A DNA stretch of 62,579 nt from an uncultured Acholeplasmatales bacterium (GTDB taxonomy: Bacteria; Bacillota_I; Bacilli_A; Acholeplasmatales; UBA5453): positions 1 to 62,579 of the forward strand of contig CAKMJY010000001.1 of assembly GCA_927433595.1 (NCBI GenBank), in the 5' to 3' direction. Below are positions 59,309-62,579 of the stretch, piece after piece (the stretch's first letter is position 1; each line of letters opens with the position of its first letter). The translations under genes and the position numbers were made by a program. Under the pieces are notes generated by a model, which worked only from the letters and a program-made list of their open reading frames with translations, was not told the DNA's origin and made no database searches.

Positions 59309-59990
59309 CAAAATTAAATATATCATCAAACTCCAATCGAAGAAATACCGTGACCAATTTAACAAGTTTGTCATCTACGGTGACCACGCGATTGAAGAAG
59401 CACTTAAACAAGGATTTGAGATGGAGTTATATACCTCAAACCCACTTAAAAAGGGTGAATTAATCAGCGACGAGTTGATTAAAAAAGTATCTCTAACTGA
59501 AACACCGACAGATTGCCTAGCAGTGGTTAAGAAACGCCCTGAACAAAGCTATTCAAATCGGATTTTAATGTTGGATAACATCCAAGACCCAGGCAACATG
59601 GGTACCCTCATTAGAAGTGCAGTGGGGTTTGGATTTACTACAGTGATCTCCAGTTTAAACTCAGTCGATTATTATCATGAAAGAACCATTAGAGCAACCC
59701 AAGGCAACTTGTTATACGCTAACTTAATTAAAGCACCACTAGCAGACCGTATCAAAGCCTTAAAGTTTATGGGTTATGAGATTTATGTGACTGCGCTACA
59801 AGGGTCAGTCGATCTTAAAACCATCACACCAAAAGACAAATGTGTTTTGGTCTTAGGCAATGAAGGTGCAGGCGTTTCAGACGACATCATGCGTTTAGCG
59901 ACCAAAACCATCCGCGTTAAAACCAGAGACATCGAATCATTAAATGTTGCGATGGCTGGGTCTATCATCATGTATGAATGGCAGGTGTAA
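59286..59990 (+). CDS. TrmH/SpoU RNA methyltransferase
   Basis: QDPGNMGTLIRSA, GNEG.GV, ESLNVA. Confidence 0.93.
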   Translation: MITSKDNDKIKYIIKLQSKKYRDQFNKFVIYGDHAIEEALKQGFEMELYTSNPLKKGELISDELIKKVSLTETPTDCLAVVKKRPEQSYSNRILMLDNIQDPGNMGTLIRSAVGFGFTTVISSLNSVDYYHERTIRATQGNLLYANLIKAPLADRIKALKFMGYEIYVTALQGSVDLKTITPKDKCVLVLGNEGAGVSDDIMRLATKTIRVKTRDIESLNVAMAGSIIMYEWQV

Positions 59991-59993
59991 AAA

Positions 59994-60869
59994 ATGGCAA
60001 TCATCACAGGATTTTTTGACCATATTGAAGGCGAAATTGAAAAACAAATCGATGAGGCAAAGCGTTTAGATATCAAACATATCAGTTTGAGAAATTTCTC
60101 AAATCAAACGCTGCTTGATTTAGACTTGAATCAAATCAAGGATATCCAAGCGCTATTCAAAAAAGATAAATTAACCCTCCAAATCGTTGATGCAAACTAT
60201 TACTACAACTTCATTGGTGTTAATCAAAAAGAACTTCAAACGCTTTTTGAAAACGCACGATTACTACAAACCAAAATCCTCATCTTAGAATTACCGGATG
60301 TTGATGATTTTGACTTGCAACATGAAAACTTCCTAGCCCATGTTAAGTGGTTATTGGACGATACTAAGAAAAAATCATTTGAACTCGTATTTAAAGTGAA
60401 TCCTACTTATAAACCAGGCGTTATTGCGTATTTAATCAATCAAATTAAAGGCGTTAAGTTTATATTTGATGCTGGACTGGTTAAAAGATTAAAAGCCTCT
60501 GTAACCACGACTTATCGCATCATGAAGAAAAACACCGAAGGCGTGATGATTTATGATATCGATAAGAACAATGAACCATACTTATTAGGCTATGGCTATA
60601 CGGGTATCATGGAAGTTGTTAGAAAGATGAATCGCGATAAATATAAAGGCGCATACATCCTAGACTTCAACTTAATGGATTATATTGAAAACAGAGAGAA
60701 CGCGCATAAAAAAAGAAAGTTCTTTGGCTTATTCACAAAAGATAAAAAAGAAAAAGCCAAGTATGTTAGAATGGATCAACTCTTAGGCCTAAAACCAGAA
60801 GAAACACTCGATTATACCAACATGCTAAAAATCTATATTAATGTTCTTAATAAGGTTATTACAAAATAA
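59994..60869 (+). CDS. Hypothetical protein, degenerate sugar-phosphate isomerase TIM-barrel-like
   Basis: I.GF.D.I....EKQI....L.I.HI.LR N-terminus; metal-binding residues not evident. Confidence 0.6.
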   Translation: MAIITGFFDHIEGEIEKQIDEAKRLDIKHISLRNFSNQTLLDLDLNQIKDIQALFKKDKLTLQIVDANYYYNFIGVNQKELQTLFENARLLQTKILILELPDVDDFDLQHENFLAHVKWLLDDTKKKSFELVFKVNPTYKPGVIAYLINQIKGVKFIFDAGLVKRLKASVTTTYRIMKKNTEGVMIYDIDKNNEPYLLGYGYTGIMEVVRKMNRDKYKGAYILDFNLMDYIENRENAHKKRKFFGLFTKDKKEKAKYVRMDQLLGLKPEETLDYTNMLKIYINVLNKVITK

Positions 60870-60889
60870 AAAGGCGAGTAATCGCCTTT
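60868..60889. terminator. Bidirectional terminator
   Basis: AAAAGGCGA-gtaa-TCGCCTTTT. Confidence 0.85.
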
Positions 60890-61458
60890 TACATTAGTTC
60901 CTCTTCTTCAAACAGTGGTTTCGCATTTGGAATGTCCACATAGAGTTTGGTTGTATACATGATGCCATCTAGGTGGTCATATTCATGTTGGAACACGGTT
61001 GCAGGATATCCGCTTAAAGTCCCATGTGATAAAACAAATGAATTGGATTTGATGTCAAAAATATAAGCTTCAAAGCTGATACTTTTATGTCTTGGTGTGA
61101 TGCCGTCTGTTTTTCTATCTACAGACAAACAGCCTTCACCACCATTTAAGAACACCATATCACTTGAACGGCTGTTAATCTTTGGATTAACGACAATCAT
61201 GGAATAAAGTTCACCGTCTACATCATATACGTGCATCGCAAACATGCGTTTAGATACATTAATTTGTGGGGCGGCTAATCCCACACCTGGCCTTAAGCCA
61301 TATTTTTCAGCAATCTCATCATCTTGAGAATTCATCACATATTGTAAGAGTGAGAACGCAATGTTTCTGTCTTCTAAAGTAACTGGCATTTTTACAGGTT
61401 GAGCGACCTTGGTTAAAGTCGGATGCCCTTCACGGATGATATCTTTCATTAAAATCAT
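60889..61458 (-). CDS. def: Peptide deformylase
   Basis: GVGLAAPQ, EGCLS, QHEYDHL. Confidence 0.97.
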   Translation of the reverse strand: MILMKDIIREGHPTLTKVAQPVKMPVTLEDRNIAFSLLQYVMNSQDDEIAEKYGLRPGVGLAAPQINVSKRMFAMHVYDVDGELYSMIVVNPKINSRSSDMVFLNGGEGCLSVDRKTDGITPRHKSISFEAYIFDIKSNSFVLSHGTLSGYPATVFQHEYDHLDGIMYTTKLYVDIPNAKPLFEEEELM

Positions 61459-61554
61459 AGTAAACACCTCGTCTAAATTATAACATAATTTCCATTATTC
61501 ACACTTATTTTGACAAAAACTAGAAAAAAAAGTATAGTTATATTAGGTGAATTT

Positions 61555-61950
61555 ATGGACAGAATGGAAATTATTTTAAAGGCATACGATGTTGCCGATG
61601 AAATCAAAGCATCAGAAGCATTTAAGTCATTAATTGCTTTAAAAACATATATGGATGATCATTTAAAAAAAGAAGTCGATGCTTATCAAAAAGCACATAG
61701 TCGTTTTAGTGACATTCAAGCAACGGGTGGGCAATATCACCCAGATTTTAAAGAAGCTGTTTTAGCGTTATCTATCGCAAAACGTGCACTATATGAAAAA
61801 AAAGAAGTAAAACAGTATATCGAACAAGAAAAAGCCATTCAAAAAATCTTAGATGACTTAGCAAGAGACCTTGCGAATAAAATATCAAGTCATGTCAAAG
61901 CACCAAATGAGTTAGGCTTCCTAAAGGAGAGCAGTTGTCATGCAGGTTAA
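61555..61950 (+). CDS. ylbF: YlbF/RicF-family protein
   Basis: YHPDF motif, helical; promoter TTGACA-17-TATAGT at 61510..61538. Confidence 0.8.
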   Translation: MDRMEIILKAYDVADEIKASEAFKSLIALKTYMDDHLKKEVDAYQKAHSRFSDIQATGGQYHPDFKEAVLALSIAKRALYEKKEVKQYIEQEKAIQKILDDLARDLANKISSHVKAPNELGFLKESSCHAG

Positions 61951-62173
61951 CCGTATGTCATATATCGTTTATATCAAAAATAACGACGTCATTAAGCGAA
62001 TTGAAGAACTAGATGTCAATGTGGTCTATAAGTCACAAAAACAAAAATACGCCACCATTTATTTCGACCGTTCAAAAGAAAAAGAAATCAAACTAGCACT
62101 CGAAAAAATGAAAGGTGTTTCTCGTTACGAAAAGAGTTTACTAGAAGCACAAACCATTGTTTTTGAAGTGTAA
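61940..62173 (+). CDS. ylbG: YlbG/DUF2129-family protein
   Basis: R.SYIVY...Y.S.K.KY..IY pattern; synteny with ylbF. Confidence 0.75.
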   Translation: MQVNRMSYIVYIKNNDVIKRIEELDVNVVYKSQKQKYATIYFDRSKEKEIKLALEKMKGVSRYEKSLLEAQTIVFEV

Positions 62174-62239
62174 AGGAAAAATACTTGACAATAGTTTTCA
62201 AACCAGTATAATAGTAGTAGACACAAAGGAGTGAAAATT

Positions 62240-62485
62240 ATGGTAAAAATTAGATTACAACGTTTCGGTTCTAACAAGAATCCATTCTACCGCGTAGTTG
62301 CAACAGAAGCGACTTCTCCAAGAGACGGCCGTTTCTTAGAAATCATCGGTACTTACGACCCAGTTAAAAACCCTGCAGTCGTTAACATCGATAAAGAAAA
62401 AGCAGCTAAATGGATCAACAATGGTGCTAAACCAACTGAAACCGTAAAAAGCTTATTCAAAAAATATTCAGTTTTAGACAAATAA
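62240..62485 (+). CDS. rpsP: 30S ribosomal protein S16
   Basis: MVKIRL.RFG...PFYRVV...PRDGRF; promoter TTGACA-16-TATAAT at 62185..62212. Confidence 0.98.
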   Translation: MVKIRLQRFGSNKNPFYRVVATEATSPRDGRFLEIIGTYDPVKNPAVVNIDKEKAAKWINNGAKPTETVKSLFKKYSVLDK

Positions 62486-62506
62486 TACCAAAGGGGGATT
62501 ACTGAA

Positions 62507-62579
62507 ATGGCTATTAATTATGATTTACTCGTTAAAAATATCGTTACGCCATTAGTGCTTCACCCTGAGGATGTACTTG
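62507..62579 (+). CDS. khpA: KH-domain RNA-binding protein, partial
   Basis: MAINYDLLVKNIVTPLVLHPEDVL directly after rpsP; runs off the window. Confidence 0.8.
   Translation, partial: MAINYDLLVKNIVTPLVLHPEDVL

Noticed and set aside
1-62579. CRISPR array, rRNA, transposase or integrase genes; antisense ORFs nested in long genes
   Set aside because: No regularly spaced repeats or such coding motifs were seen; the nested opposite-strand ORFs are shadows of well-supported genes.

Overview
Low-GC bacterial chromosome segment using genetic code 11 (TGA is a stop). Gene content and compaction suggest a wall-less Acholeplasmatales-type mollicute; this is an inference, not a database assignment. Bases 1-16984 are the right part of an HK97-fold, long-tailed (siphovirus-like) prophage: head, neck, tail, a -1 frameshifted tail chaperone, two tail fibres, a membrane-protein cassette with no endolysin, an oppositely transcribed accessory operon, and a probable attR at a tRNA 3' end. 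At the left edge a terminase fragment on the minus strand abuts a portal fragment on the plus strand, indicating an inversion that breaks both packaging genes. The rest is host DNA: P1B-4 ATPase, bcp, PFOR, two tandem opp operons, suf operon, msmX-like ATPase, ComK-like gene, pgk-regulator-HPr-tpiA, rpsD, thiI, def, rpsP and khpA. The strongest novel candidates are the terL/portal inversion, the acr-aca-like operon with a metalloprotease and a cis-antisense RNA, the endolysin-free dual-start lysis cassette, and a ~195-nt multi-hairpin C-rich sRNA next to suf. All family calls come from motif recognition; no searches were run.
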